Shown piece after piece: positions 48,854 to 58,592 of a stretch of 64,000 bases of DNA. Source of the stretch: a virus (lineage: Duplodnaviria > Caudoviricetes); the IMG/VR virus record IMGVR_UViG_2671180244_000004, positions 1-64,000 of that record. The stretch is one strand, 5' to 3'. The position numbers were made by a program, and so were the translations under genes. The notes beneath the pieces are model-generated. The model had not been told where the DNA came from. It was given only the letters and a program-made list of their open reading frames with translations, and did no database searches. Positions within the stretch are counted from its first letter, which is position 1. Each line of letters begins with the position of its first letter.

Positions 48854-49001
48854 ACCCTTTCCCTTAAAACAGTCTTTTTATTTTAATATTGTACACGCTG
48901 CCAACGAATCATAATATTTAATCATCTTTGTATTAATTAATCTGTTGATTATGTTGCTTGGCAACGTGTAGAAGTTTCATTTTTAACAAACATTAATAGT
49001 T

Positions 49002-49592
49002 TTAGAATTTAGCATTGAGTTTTTCTATTTCTTTGTTGATGCCTTTTAAATTTTCAGTGACATCTTCTAAGGTTGCTTTATTAGTCCAAACTAATCCCCC
49101 TATATAGTTCAAATCAAAATCATAGCTCCTACTATATTGATTACCATTGATATCATAGTAACTAAAATTACATGTAAACACAGGATATCCGGAATCATCT
49201 TTAATGTCTGAAATCTCAGCTGCGATACCCTTGATCTCCTGGGTTGGGGCGAAAGTTTTTATAGTCGTATCAAAAAGACCATTTTTAATTTTGCACATAT
49301 GACTTTTGTGGAAATTGCCACTCTTCTCTTCTAAACTGGCGGTGATATTAGTCGCAACTCCATTGCCGATATTCTTCATTTTAAAATCTAATCTAGACTC
49401 ATTTAGCTCAAAATAGATTATTATTTCAGGTTCTTTCTTACTCTCATATTCTTTTTTAGCTAGTTGTGAAGCTTCTAAGCTAGCCTTTGAAGATTTTTTT
49501 GAATAAAATGCTATAAATATAGTTAATATAAACATCCCTAAATTTCCTGTGTTAGAAATGATCCAATTTAATACATCTAAGAATATGCCCAT
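49002..49592 (-). CDS. Membrane-anchored hypothetical protein (moron)
   Basis: N-terminal TM; AT-rich upstream region of its own. Confidence 0.75.
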   Translation of the reverse strand: MGIFLDVLNWIISNTGNLGMFILTIFIAFYSKKSSKASLEASQLAKKEYESKKEPEIIIYFELNESRLDFKMKNIGNGVATNITASLEEKSGNFHKSHMCKIKNGLFDTTIKTFAPTQEIKGIAAEISDIKDDSGYPVFTCNFSYYDINGNQYSRSYDFDLNYIGGLVWTNKATLEDVTENLKGINKEIEKLNAKF

Positions 49593-49753
49593 TATAAAAT
49601 CCCTTCCTTTTCATTGTTTAAGATTAAGTAGGACGTTTTGCTTTTAATTATATTATTGGTTAATTTTAATTAGACAGATTTTGGTTATGTATATTGGATA
49701 TTATACTATAGCCTTCTACTTTCTCACCATGAAATAGATTTGGATTTTTACTG

Positions 49754-49990
49754 TTAATCTAATTCCCTCATATCGTCTCTTTGTTTAATATAGCTCTTAA
49801 AACATTCCCAATCACGCTCAATTCCTTTAATATTTCCTGCAATAAAATTCTCTACTTTCTCTCCATCCACCATTTGGTTTACAGAAAGCTGATACATCAA
49901 ATCAATTTTATTGATCCTTTCCAAGAAACTCCGAGTATAATCTTTAGCTGTATTTAACCGTCCTTGACTCAATCCGTGTTTAGTCACCAT
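49754..49990 (-). CDS. Hypothetical protein
   Basis: 78-aa ORF. Confidence 0.65.
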   Translation of the reverse strand: MVTKHGLSQGRLNTAKDYTRSFLERINKIDLMYQLSVNQMVDGEKVENFIAGNIKGIERDWECFKSYIKQRDDMRELD

Positions 49991-50033
49991 TGTTAATCAA
50001 TCTCCTATCCTAATTTAGAATGAAATGCATCTT

Positions 50034-50425
50034 TTATTTAACGTTTTCGGCATATTTCTCAAAGAACTCTTCAATCGTTCTCAGGTATTTATATTTACTA
50101 GCATCCTCAGGATCCTCATATCTCTTTGTTAAGACAAGCTGCCAATTGAACTTAGTGGTGAAAATCTAGCCCATTTTTTAAAGCTAAGATGAAGTTTCAT
50201 CCACTCTCTTCCTGCTAATTCAGCAAGCTCTAAAATCATATCCTCTTTCTGATTGACATCATCTTCAAAAATTACATAGATTTCATCCATTGGCTCATGT
50301 CCAAAACAGCAGTGACGAGTTTTCAAACCCAGCTTAAAATTTAAAATGTCTATTAAGTTAATTAGTTGTTTGTCGATACGGTCGTATGGAATATTGTTTT
50401 CCAGAAACTTCTCTCTAATATTCAT
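50034..50425 (-). pseudogene. Hypothetical protein with a frameshift near 50150
   Basis: ORF ends at 50129, but another frame continues [10 protein letters not shown]...ENVK to a TAA inside the 50020 palindrome. Confidence 0.55.
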
Positions 50426-50883
50426 GGTGTCACACTCTCAAGTTCATCCATTGCTTTGTTGGCCAACTCATCTGCCTTTTCATTCCCTGCATCTCCACTA
50501 TGTCCTTTTACTTTTAAGAATGTGACTGACGCTTGATTCTTAACAAGCTCGTTTAATTCCATCCAGAGTTCCTTATTTTCAACTGGTTTCTTGTTTGATT
50601 TACGCCAATTGTTTTTAATCCAATTCTTCACCCAGCTGTTCATACCATTTACAACGTATGCAGAGTCTGCATAAACCTCAATATGTATGTTATTTGTCTT
50701 TATGTGTTTTAAAGCTTCAATTACGCCTGTAAGCTCCATCACGTTGTTTGTTGTGTTTAGCTTGCCGCCTTTCAATTCAACTTCTTTCCCTTTATATGAT
50801 AAGACTGCTCCCCAGCCTCCAACATTTGTTTCGTTTTGGTTCCCTCTACAACCGCCATCAGTGTATACAATTACTTTTTCCAT
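50422..50883 (-). CDS. rnhA: Ribonuclease HI
   Basis: [31 protein letters not shown]. Confidence 0.95.
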   Translation of the reverse strand: MEKVIVYTDGGCRGNQNETNVGGWGAVLSYKGKEVELKGGKLNTTNNVMELTGVIEALKHIKTNNIHIEVYADSAYVVNGMNSWVKNWIKNNWRKSNKKPVENKELWMELNELVKNQASVTFLKVKGHSGDAGNEKADELANKAMDELESVTP

Positions 50884-50896
50884 AGCTCTCTCCTCC

Positions 50897-51208
50897 TTAA
50901 TAATGTTCAACAATTACTTTCCCCTTATTTATAAAGAACTGATTACCGTTATCTAAATGAATCCAGAACGCCTTCTCTGGCTCTTCACGATAGTCATAGA
51001 TAGAATATATCTTAGCTCCCATGAAGCCCTCTACACTATCTCCAATGGAATATGAGACATCTTCATCAATAAATCTAATTGACTTAATCAATGTATCCCT
51101 ACTTTCAGCTTCGCCATTTGCAATATTAAACATCTCAGTTATCATTTCTTCAGAATGAATGTAATTTGTATTTTTAATTCGAAAAAATATTCCTTTACGA
51201 TATAGCAT
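50897..51208 (-). CDS. Hypothetical protein
   Basis: 103-aa ORF. Confidence 0.7.
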   Translation of the reverse strand: MLYRKGIFFRIKNTNYIHSEEMITEMFNIANGEAESRDTLIKSIRFIDEDVSYSIGDSVEGFMGAKIYSIYDYREEPEKAFWIHLDNGNQFFINKGKVIVEHY

Positions 51209-51529
51209 TCACCTCCTAGAGTCTAAATAAAACTTACATTTTATATTCTTTAGTTGCTGCCTCATATATGTAGAGCAATTCATATCCATACTCAATTATT
51301 GAGTGAATATCTCCAATAGCTTCAGTCTTACCTTCTTTCAAGTTTCTTTTGAAATTTGAAATGGAACTCTCAATCTTTTCTAACTTTGATTCTAATATTT
51401 CCAATCAGAACCCCTTTCTTTTTAATATATGTAATTTGTATTTTAATACTACGATAATCACCCTTTCCTTGTCAATAGATATTTGTTATTTATGTTTTAT
51501 TTACATAAAAATAAGAGCATTTTTTGCTC

Positions 51530-51727
51530 TTATGACATTTTGAAAATTGTATCATTGATTTTATCCCTCAGCTGTATCAAGTCTGAGGGATTCATTGTTA
51601 TCGCAATACTATTGTTTTTCCCTGAAAATATAAGCTCGAAGCAAAAATCCATATCCTTTAGCTTGTCTACTTGAATTTTTAGACTGATATCCTGATAGTC
51701 TTCTTTTTTAATAATGACATTTGCCAT
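51530..51727 (-). CDS. Hypothetical protein
   Basis: 65-aa ORF. Confidence 0.6.
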   Translation of the reverse strand: MANVIIKKEDYQDISLKIQVDKLKDMDFCFELIFSGKNNSIAITMNPSDLIQLRDKINDTIFKMS

Positions 51728-51801
51728 ATTTAGCTATCTTCTTTCCAATCCGAAAGCATGTTGTCTGCATTCCGTGGTGTAGGATTTATGTTATTTTAGG
51801 T

Positions 51802-52026
51802 TTAATCTACTTCTTCAACATCTTCTAATAGTGTTATATCCAGACATCCAGATTCTAATTTTATTTCTCTATCACCGATTTTCAATACTATATCAGTTGT
51901 TAATTCAAAAGGTGTAATAAACAAATCCGCTTTTTTATACGCAGCCTCAGCATTTTCAACATCTTCAATATCTAAAAATGTATCAGCGCTTATAACGAAG
52001 CAGGTTCTAAACTTAGCCATACTCAT
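51802..52026 (-). CDS. Hypothetical protein
   Basis: 74-aa ORF; first gene after the SOS-boxed promoter. Confidence 0.65.
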   Translation of the reverse strand: MSMAKFRTCFVISADTFLDIEDVENAEAAYKKADLFITPFELTTDIVLKIGDREIKLESGCLDITLLEDVEEVD

Positions 52027-52062
52027 TTCTCCCTATCTGATTAGTCTCCTGCAACATAAAAG

Positions 52063-52074
52063 GAACATGTGTTC
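52063..52074. promoter_or_regulatory. LexA (Cheo) box
   Basis: GAACATGTGTTC just downstream of a minus-strand TATAAT. Confidence 0.75.
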
Positions 52075-52206
52075 TGTTTCTTGTTTTCATTATACATCTA
52101 AGCTCTAATATTAGCTACAGTATTTTTTTCTTTTTTTATTTCACTTTGATTGGTATGATATGTAATAGAGCTTGTACATTTTAACAACAAAACTGGAGGT
52201 TGTCCG

Positions 52207-52425
52207 ATGTTAAATGTAGAGATCGGGCAATGTCATATTCCTAAGCTTCTAAAGGAAAAAAACTGGACACAGGCTGACTTGGCACGTGCCACTGGCCTGA
52301 CACCACAAAGCATCTTTCAAATAATTAATCAACCTGTAGACATCCGCATTAAAACAGCAGCGAAGATCGCTATGGCTTTAGGATGCAAGATTGACGATTT
52401 ATTTGAGTTTAGGATACGACATTGA
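52207..52425 (+). CDS. yopS: Xre-family HTH regulator (YopS-like)
   Basis: WTQADLARATGL...AAKIAMALGCKIDDLF. Confidence 0.85.
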   Translation: MLNVEIGQCHIPKLLKEKNWTQADLARATGLTPQSIFQIINQPVDIRIKTAAKIAMALGCKIDDLFEFRIRH

Positions 52426-52488
52426 TTAACTGAGACCATTGTCTCAGTACACCTCCATTATCAGCGAATTCGCTGATAAGACTATACT

Positions 52489-52517
52489 ATTATAAGCATA
52501 ACAGGTTGTATACGCAA
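52489..52517 (-). promoter_or_regulatory. sigA promoter firing antisense into yopS
   Basis: TTGCGT-17bp-TATAAT; perfect 22-bp palindrome at 52458-52479 just downstream. Confidence 0.65.
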
Positions 52518-52579
52518 TATTTTGTCTTTTTTTGTCGAATAGGGAAATTATTTAGAATTTTTCATAAAAAAGAGACAAA

Positions 52580-53569
52580 TCATAAAGATTTGCCTTCTTT
52601 TTTAAGTTCATCTGCGTAATATTTTCTTATGGTTTCCTCATTCATGAATTCTCTTCGATCTGAGATGATTTTTTGATTTAAATCAGTTGTTTGGACTTTC
52701 CTATCCTCATATATTTCATTAAGAGCTTTTCTGTCCAACTCTTCCCCTTTTAATATTAGCTTATAGCCCTCATATAGAAGGCCTGATTTAACTATACCGA
52801 TAGGTCTTAAAAATGAAAAACCAAAAATTTCTTTAAGGTTTCTAAAAGTAGAACTTACTACAGTTCTTGAAGCTTGTCCTTGCCCAATCGCATTAGTCAG
52901 TTTTGTTTTTATTACATATTCATTATCAACTAAACTTAATGATGGCTTTCTAAGCCCTGGTTTCCCATTCAATGGTCTATATTCTGTTTCAAGGTTTGCT
53001 TCAAGACAGTCTTGCAAGGTTGCTTTCTCTACTTTTATTGTTCTCTCACCATTTTTTGAATCATGTACAGTTAGCATATTATTATTATTTAACGCTTTCT
53101 CTATATCACTTCTTTTAAGACTAGTCATTTCACTTGCTTCGAAACCTAATATGCCTTCAAAAAGCAATCTAAACAACGCCCTATCTTGAGCATTAATTAA
53201 TTCTGCACACATTTTCTCTAATTCGTTTTTGGTGATAAATAGTTTTAATGATGAATCTATACACGATAATAAATCATTTGTATTTATTAATCTTGCTAAG
53301 TTATTAGAACCCTTAGTAACACCGTTTGCAATTGACCAATCTATATAGGTTATCATCGTGTATAAGAATGTTTCTAATGAAGCTAGAGAAGTTGAATACA
53401 TTGCTCTTAGTACATTTAGAATTTCTTCAGTAGTGAAATCAAATAAGTCTTTGTTTCTTATTTCCTCTTCTTTTTGAGAATGATTAAACAACAGTGAAAT
53501 TTGCTTTTGTTGACTATCACCACTTAATGTATCTAAATAACTTTTCTTAAACTGTGAGTTATACCACAA
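52580..53569 (-). CDS. yopR: Master repressor MrpR/SroF (degenerate tyrosine recombinase fold)
   Basis: KDLFDF, NAQDRALFRLLFEGI, SG motif; last gene of the sro operon. Confidence 0.85.
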   Translation of the reverse strand: MWYNSQFKKSYLDTLSGDSQQKQISLLFNHSQKEEEIRNKDLFDFTTEEILNVLRAMYSTSLASLETFLYTMITYIDWSIANGVTKGSNNLARLINTNDLLSCIDSSLKLFITKNELEKMCAELINAQDRALFRLLFEGILGFEASEMTSLKRSDIEKALNNNNMLTVHDSKNGERTIKVEKATLQDCLEANLETEYRPLNGKPGLRKPSLSLVDNEYVIKTKLTNAIGQGQASRTVVSSTFRNLKEIFGFSFLRPIGIVKSGLLYEGYKLILKGEELDRKALNEIYEDRKVQTTDLNQKIISDRREFMNEETIRKYYADELKKEGKSL

Positions 53570-53571
53570 AG

Positions 53572-54960
53572 CTAAACACCTTCTACTTCATTCAATTTGT
53601 ATTGAAAATATTTAATAACATGGTTTTTACTGTGAGTTACTTCATTCTTTTTATTCAATAGTTTGTGTTTCGCTAGTTCTGGATTATTTCTGTCGAAGTT
53701 AAATCCTTTTTTTGTGATTATTTGTTGCGTCATTTTTGCACTAATCCCAGCAGTGTACATAAAATATGCTATTTCCATCAATCCAACTAAAATGTTTTTA
53801 TTTATTACAATAGTTTTTTTGGTTTGTTCAAATTTGTCTCCTAGAAATTCTTCGTAATACAGCTCAGTTAATTCATCAAAGAATTCAACCAAAAAGACTC
53901 CAATTTTCCTTACAGCAATTTGGTCTTTCAGGAGCCCAGGAAATTTCGTAGCTTCGACTGCTTTGACCATATCATTTAAAGAGTATAAGTAATCTGATTG
54001 AGTTGCAATTACATCATGATCTAAACTTATTCTTTGTCCGATCACACTGTTATCTCTAATATGAGTAACAACTTTGTTCACAGGGTTTTCTTCATTCATT
54101 TCTTTGAGTTTGGACAGTCTTACAGGTGTCATGGTGTTATGCTGCCCAAACAGCTGTCTCGCAACTTTTTGAGTTACATTGTAAAAGTCTATTTTCATAA
54201 ATTTATCATCAAAGCTGCCAGACCTTACTGCTTTAGAAATACCAACAATTCGATGATAACCATCAATTACATCAAGCAGAGTGCCCTTCATCACTGTTAA
54301 GCTTCTTTTAATGGGATCATAATCTACCTCAATCCCTTCGGAAGACGAACCAAATCTTGCATTAAATATTAAAGTTGAGCTTATTAAGGTGCCATAGATG
54401 GTTTTTTGTGAAATATCTTCTACCGCATCATGATTAAGCTCAGGGACAGGTATTTCCCCACCTAAAAACTCAAAATTTTTAGTCTTACTAGTTCTCTGAG
54501 TTCTAGGGTTGTATTGAAGCAAATGGTTTTCATACATCTTTGCTATTTCGCTTCTTTTAAGTAAGAATGTGAAGTTGTTGTCATCTACTTTAGTAACATC
54601 CTCAAATGTTATAGGAAAATTCAGCTCACTATCATTATTCTGTGAGAAACCTTCCCACGTCGTTTCAATTTCTTGTATTATTCTTTCTGGAAAATAATTT
54701 ACTGGATTAATTTTTTCATCTTTAGTCACTTCGTATATGCCTGTAGCTAGAAGATATTTCTCTTCTTTCCGAAGCGCTTCTTGTCTCCCAAATCTAATAA
54801 TGAGATTCATTGTTTCACCAGGTGAAATGCCTTTATGAGAAAGAATACTTTGCAGTCTTTCCCTGAAATTTTTGTCATGTTTATTTTTTTGCAATAGCAT
54901 TTCTATTGTTTCGTTTAGTAAAGCGTCTTTTTCATCATCAAAAATAACTAGCTTATTCAT
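53572..54960 (-). CDS. yopQ: SroE/YopQ (DndB/ParB-like)
   Basis: YNPRTQR, VIDGYHR; operon position. Confidence 0.8.
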   Translation of the reverse strand: MNKLVIFDDEKDALLNETIEMLLQKNKHDKNFRERLQSILSHKGISPGETMNLIIRFGRQEALRKEEKYLLATGIYEVTKDEKINPVNYFPERIIQEIETTWEGFSQNNDSELNFPITFEDVTKVDDNNFTFLLKRSEIAKMYENHLLQYNPRTQRTSKTKNFEFLGGEIPVPELNHDAVEDISQKTIYGTLISSTLIFNARFGSSSEGIEVDYDPIKRSLTVMKGTLLDVIDGYHRIVGISKAVRSGSFDDKFMKIDFYNVTQKVARQLFGQHNTMTPVRLSKLKEMNEENPVNKVVTHIRDNSVIGQRISLDHDVIATQSDYLYSLNDMVKAVEATKFPGLLKDQIAVRKIGVFLVEFFDELTELYYEEFLGDKFEQTKKTIVINKNILVGLMEIAYFMYTAGISAKMTQQIITKKGFNFDRNNPELAKHKLLNKKNEVTHSKNHVIKYFQYKLNEVEGV

Positions 54961-55043
54961 ATAGCACACCTCTTCTAAAACAAAAATAACAAACATATTA
55001 TCTTAAATCAATTTATAGTCGCAAAATTAATCTAAATGTAAAC

Positions 55044-56126
55044 TTACCTCACAAATTCTAGGAACTTTTGCATAGTTCCCCTATCTGACTTACGAAAAAA
55101 ATTGACAAAATCCTCTTTTGTGGCACTTTCAATCAATGAAAAATCCAATTCTTTATCCATCAATATACCCGCAGAATTTTCAATATTGTCGTTTTTAGTT
55201 AAATATCTCAATGGAGTCTTAGGATCTTTATGATTCCCCTGAGCCATAGCAATTCGTATATCATTGCCAGACTCTTCATATGCTATATCTATCCCAACTC
55301 CCTTTAAAGAGTGAGGTTTAAGGTTTCTTGATACAGGTATTCCTAACCTACTCAGAGCTCTGTTGAACGATTCTCTATAAGATCTCGATGTCAATCCATT
55401 AAACACTAAATCATTATCCATGCTGTTTTGTTTTCTTAATTGATCCAATTCAATCAAAAAGTTCTTATGAAGGCCAGTAGAAACTACATATGAACCCTTG
55501 TTCAATGCCTCAACTTTATATAAATCACCGTCAACTAGCTTAATGTCCATCCATCTAACAGTAAGTGCATACTCAATCCTAAATGAAGTACGGATTAAAA
55601 ATTTAGTAAGAAGTTTTTTCTTTAAACCGTTTTCCCGCTCTAGCAACATATTTTCAGCAATTCTTTCAGCTTCAGTTTGAGTAGTCTTACCATAGTTATT
55701 ACTGACTTCTTTTAATTTCTTTGTTTGATCAAACTGGCTTAAATCTATATAGGAAGTATAAGCTTTAAATGACTTTAGGAATTTATACAATCCCTTAACA
55801 GAAACTAGCTTACGATTGATTGACGTGTTAGCTAAGCCTTCTTCTTTTAAATGTTTTCTGTAGTTGATCAAATCCATAGAATTTATTTCGATATCCTTTG
55901 GAGTTAAAAACTCTATTCCTACAGTCGGTTTAAAGTAATTAAAGAATTGTTTAATGTCACCATAATAATTAACTGCTGTATTAGTCTCAAACATGTGGTG
56001 TCTGCGCTGCGTTTTAGAAAAATTATTTAGATTACCAACTGAACCCTCATCATCAATCTTTTTTAGATATGTCATGACATCGTTATAAACAGTGTATTCC
56101 TTTAATGGAACTGCTTTAGTACTCAT
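55044..56126 (-). CDS. yopP: Tyrosine recombinase SroD/YopP
   Basis: SAM-like N-terminal domain; TSFR, HSLK, GNH...LRY. Confidence 0.85.
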   Translation of the reverse strand: MSTKAVPLKEYTVYNDVMTYLKKIDDEGSVGNLNNFSKTQRRHHMFETNTAVNYYGDIKQFFNYFKPTVGIEFLTPKDIEINSMDLINYRKHLKEEGLANTSINRKLVSVKGLYKFLKSFKAYTSYIDLSQFDQTKKLKEVSNNYGKTTQTEAERIAENMLLERENGLKKKLLTKFLIRTSFRIEYALTVRWMDIKLVDGDLYKVEALNKGSYVVSTGLHKNFLIELDQLRKQNSMDNDLVFNGLTSRSYRESFNRALSRLGIPVSRNLKPHSLKGVGIDIAYEESGNDIRIAMAQGNHKDPKTPLRYLTKNDNIENSAGILMDKELDFSLIESATKEDFVNFFRKSDRGTMQKFLEFVR

Positions 56127-56139
56127 CTCTTCCCCTCCT

Positions 56140-56328
56140 TCACATTAATTCTTCAATTGTTGAATTGAGAACAATCGCTATTTTTGCCATTTCGATTAGC
56201 TTAGCCTCTTCAGGATTAGCTATAATTTGTTCTAGTCTTTTCACTGAAATACCTGATTCAGCACATACACTATTTATAGTTTTGTTCGATTGATCTATAA
56301 TATTTAGTAAGTTATTAGGCACTGGCAC
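56140..56328 (-). CDS. yopO: SroC/YopO HTH protein
   Basis: Xre-like HTH; operon position. Confidence 0.75.
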   Translation of the reverse strand: MPVPNNLLNIIDQSNKTINSVCAESGISVKRLEQIIANPEEAKLIEMAKIAIVLNSTIEELM

Positions 56329-56380
56329 ATCTCCTTCGAATGCTTATGTATCTTAGATGCCCTGGCCATTGGTGGTAATT

Positions 56381-56689
56381 TTATGTAGTGATAAAGTATT
56401 CAAATTCATACTCAACAGATTTGCGAAGTTCATTTATGAATTCCATTCTCTTACGGTAGGCTGTGAGAAGATCTCCAGTGTAAGTGTTTGTCAATACGGT
56501 TTGATTAAAAGAAAACTCATCTATTTGTTTTAAATACTCAAATACAGCTTGTTTAACCTTATATAGTTCAACTGGTGAATTAATTGATAAACTTAGGCTG
56601 CGTAAATATGTAAGTTCTTCTTTTAAGCTGTTGATTATTTCGTATTGATACTCAATGTCCGCACAGCTTTTTTCTGGTGATGCAATCAC
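56381..56689 (-). CDS. yopN: SroB/YopN
   Basis: Synteny and size. Confidence 0.65.
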   Translation of the reverse strand: MIASPEKSCADIEYQYEIINSLKEELTYLRSLSLSINSPVELYKVKQAVFEYLKQIDEFSFNQTVLTNTYTGDLLTAYRKRMEFINELRKSVEYEFEYFITT

Positions 56690-56701
56690 TGGCCTTACCT
56701 C

Positions 56702-56887
56702 CTAACTATTCAATAATTTCATATATCCAGAAATCATCGATTTTCTAATTTGTTCTTTTTTGATTTCTTTATCTATGTTATTTTTGTTTTCTTGGTGATT
56801 AAACCATTCTCCCCCGAACTGATCTATCTTACGAGCATAAACAGTTTTATTAAAATTTATAACATTGTCTTTTCTAGCAGCTAACAT
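56702..56887 (-). CDS. yopM: SroA/YopM
   Basis: Synteny and size; strong RBS. Confidence 0.65.
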   Translation of the reverse strand: MLAARKDNVINFNKTVYARKIDQFGGEWFNHQENKNNIDKEIKKEQIRKSMISGYMKLLNS

Positions 56888-56929
56888 AGTTCTCCTCCTA
56901 AATTACATATTTCCGTATGTCTTATTTAT

Positions 56930-56958
56930 AGTTTAATGGATAAAAAACTATATGTAAA
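56930..56958 (-). promoter_or_regulatory. sigA promoter of the sro operon
   Basis: TTTACA-17bp-TAAACT. Confidence 0.6.
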
Positions 56959-57052
56959 GCTTTTTTCACGACAAATAGCACATTTTTATAATGTGCTCTT
57001 CGTGTTACCACTTTTCAAAAAAAAGGTTTTTGTAATACCTAGAAGAAATAAC

Positions 57053-57085
57053 AAAAAGACGTCAACTCGTTTGAGTTAAACGTCT
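57053..57085 (-). terminator. Terminator after aimP
   Basis: AGACGTTTAACTC-AAAC-GAGTTGACGTCT-TTTT. Confidence 0.8.
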
Positions 57086-57124
57086 AATTATGTAACGCAA
57101 TCCTAACATTATTAACCAATAAAA

Positions 57125-57247
57125 TCAACCTCCGTTACCAATTGCAGCTGTCTCAACTGGATGGTCTGCTTCTTGCTCATTAGCTCCCTGATGATTACCT
57201 GCGATAAAAGATAACACAATAACTAAACCAAATACGATCTTTTTCAT
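57125..57247 (-). CDS. aimP: Arbitrium pre-pro-peptide; predicted mature AIGNGG
   Basis: Own translation MKKIVFGLVIVLSFIAGNHQGANEQEADHPVETAAIGNGG; signal peptide; directly after aimR. Confidence 0.92.
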   Translation of the reverse strand: MKKIVFGLVIVLSFIAGNHQGANEQEADHPVETAAIGNGG

Positions 57248-57279
57248 TTCTTCACCCCCTTTCACCTATCGAATGTTAA

Positions 57280-58437
57280 TTAAATTGCTATTAATTCTAA
57301 AAGGTCATTGTCTAAACCTTTTTCTTTTAACTTTATAAGAGGTAAGTTTATCGAAAATTTATCACCTGTTTTCTTGAAGTGTTTAATTGAACTAAAATAA
57401 GAGTTCACATCATCATTACATAGACCTTTCAAAAAAAATAAATGCGCTTTTTCATAATCGCTAATACTTATTTTATCTAGTTGATCAATTAAAGTACTTG
57501 CTTTTTCTTTATTTCCAATGACTAAATTATGAAATATGACTTCCTGGATATCGGTAGCCTCAGTCGAATATTCATTCACAAACCTATTCTCTTTAACTCC
57601 CCAGATATTTTCAAGTGCACAAAGACTTCTTACCATCTCAGTTCTAAATGGACTATCTTCTTCGGTAAGGCTCAAACCTTTGTAATAATGTTCCTTAGCA
57701 AGTTGGTAATTTTCAAAAATATAAGAGTTCCCTAAGTGCAATTGTGCAAATATCTTGAATCTGTCCACTGTAGCTGTTTCAAAAGCTAATTTTGCATTTT
57801 CTCTAGCTTCAATTGTATTGTTTTGGCTTACATTGCTACTAGCTTTCATTATGAGGATCCTGCAAGTATAAGAATCCTTAACAAAACCTGCTGGAATCAT
57901 ATCAACATCTAGAATTCCGACAATCTCCTTCATTAATCCAAATTCACCATTTAGACACGTTGGATATAACAGCATCAAATTTCTGAATACAGTCATTTCT
58001 ATACTTTTTGTCTTAATTGAACTCAAATTGTTTTGCGCTTGGATGTAATTTATTTTATTTACTTGTAAATCTTTGTGAACATCATAAATTTCAGCCCACT
58101 CTTTACTAAGTGAGTTTCTTGAAGCCTTCATTACTTCTATTAGCATATCTCTTTCTTTGTTAATTTTATTAACATCAAGATATTCCAATCCTTGTCTTGC
58201 ACATGATTTATTTGGATCTAAGGTCATTATGTATTCTGACATGTAGAGGAGTTCTTCATTAGGGGCAATTAATCTAACCATATCAATAACACCTTGGAGA
58301 TTGTCCATTTCTTTTTCTGGCGAATTCAGAAATCTGTATAGTCCAGATCTTTGCGCATAGCCAGCCGCTTGAGCAAGCTTTAATGCCAACGCTTGATCTT
58401 CTTCACATTTGTTTTTAATAAAAGTTTTTAAATTCAT
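57280..58437 (-). CDS. aimR: Arbitrium receptor (RRNPP family, HTH + TPR)
   Basis: 385 aa; ARQGLEY, HLGNSYIF, SIKHFKKTGDKF..LP...L..G. Confidence 0.93.
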   Translation of the reverse strand: MNLKTFIKNKCEEDQALALKLAQAAGYAQRSGLYRFLNSPEKEMDNLQGVIDMVRLIAPNEELLYMSEYIMTLDPNKSCARQGLEYLDVNKINKERDMLIEVMKASRNSLSKEWAEIYDVHKDLQVNKINYIQAQNNLSSIKTKSIEMTVFRNLMLLYPTCLNGEFGLMKEIVGILDVDMIPAGFVKDSYTCRILIMKASSNVSQNNTIEARENAKLAFETATVDRFKIFAQLHLGNSYIFENYQLAKEHYYKGLSLTEEDSPFRTEMVRSLCALENIWGVKENRFVNEYSTEATDIQEVIFHNLVIGNKEKASTLIDQLDKISISDYEKAHLFFLKGLCNDDVNSYFSSIKHFKKTGDKFSINLPLIKLKEKGLDNDLLELIAI

Positions 58438-58464
58438 TTTTACCCCCCTTGCTACTCTATATAT

Positions 58465-58493
58465 AATTTACTATGAATGGAGAATTAAGTCAA
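58465..58493 (-). promoter_or_regulatory. sigA promoter of aimR
   Basis: TTGACT-17bp-TAAATT. Confidence 0.7.
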
Positions 58494-58592
58494 CACATTT
58501 TATTTGTTATTTGCATTTTAATAGATTGCTATTTACAATTTTTCCGAAAACCATGTAGTATTATATAAAAGGGTTTATAAGGAGATTATATT

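Noticed and set aside
49729-49751. Additional 18-bp palindrome copy
   Set aside because: Arms ATGAAA and TTTTAC are separated by 11 bp; possibly a disrupted copy, not counted.
57086-57124. AimR operator (6-bp inverted repeat with 25-bp spacer) after aimP
   Set aside because: The position fits, but I could not find convincing symmetric arms by eye.
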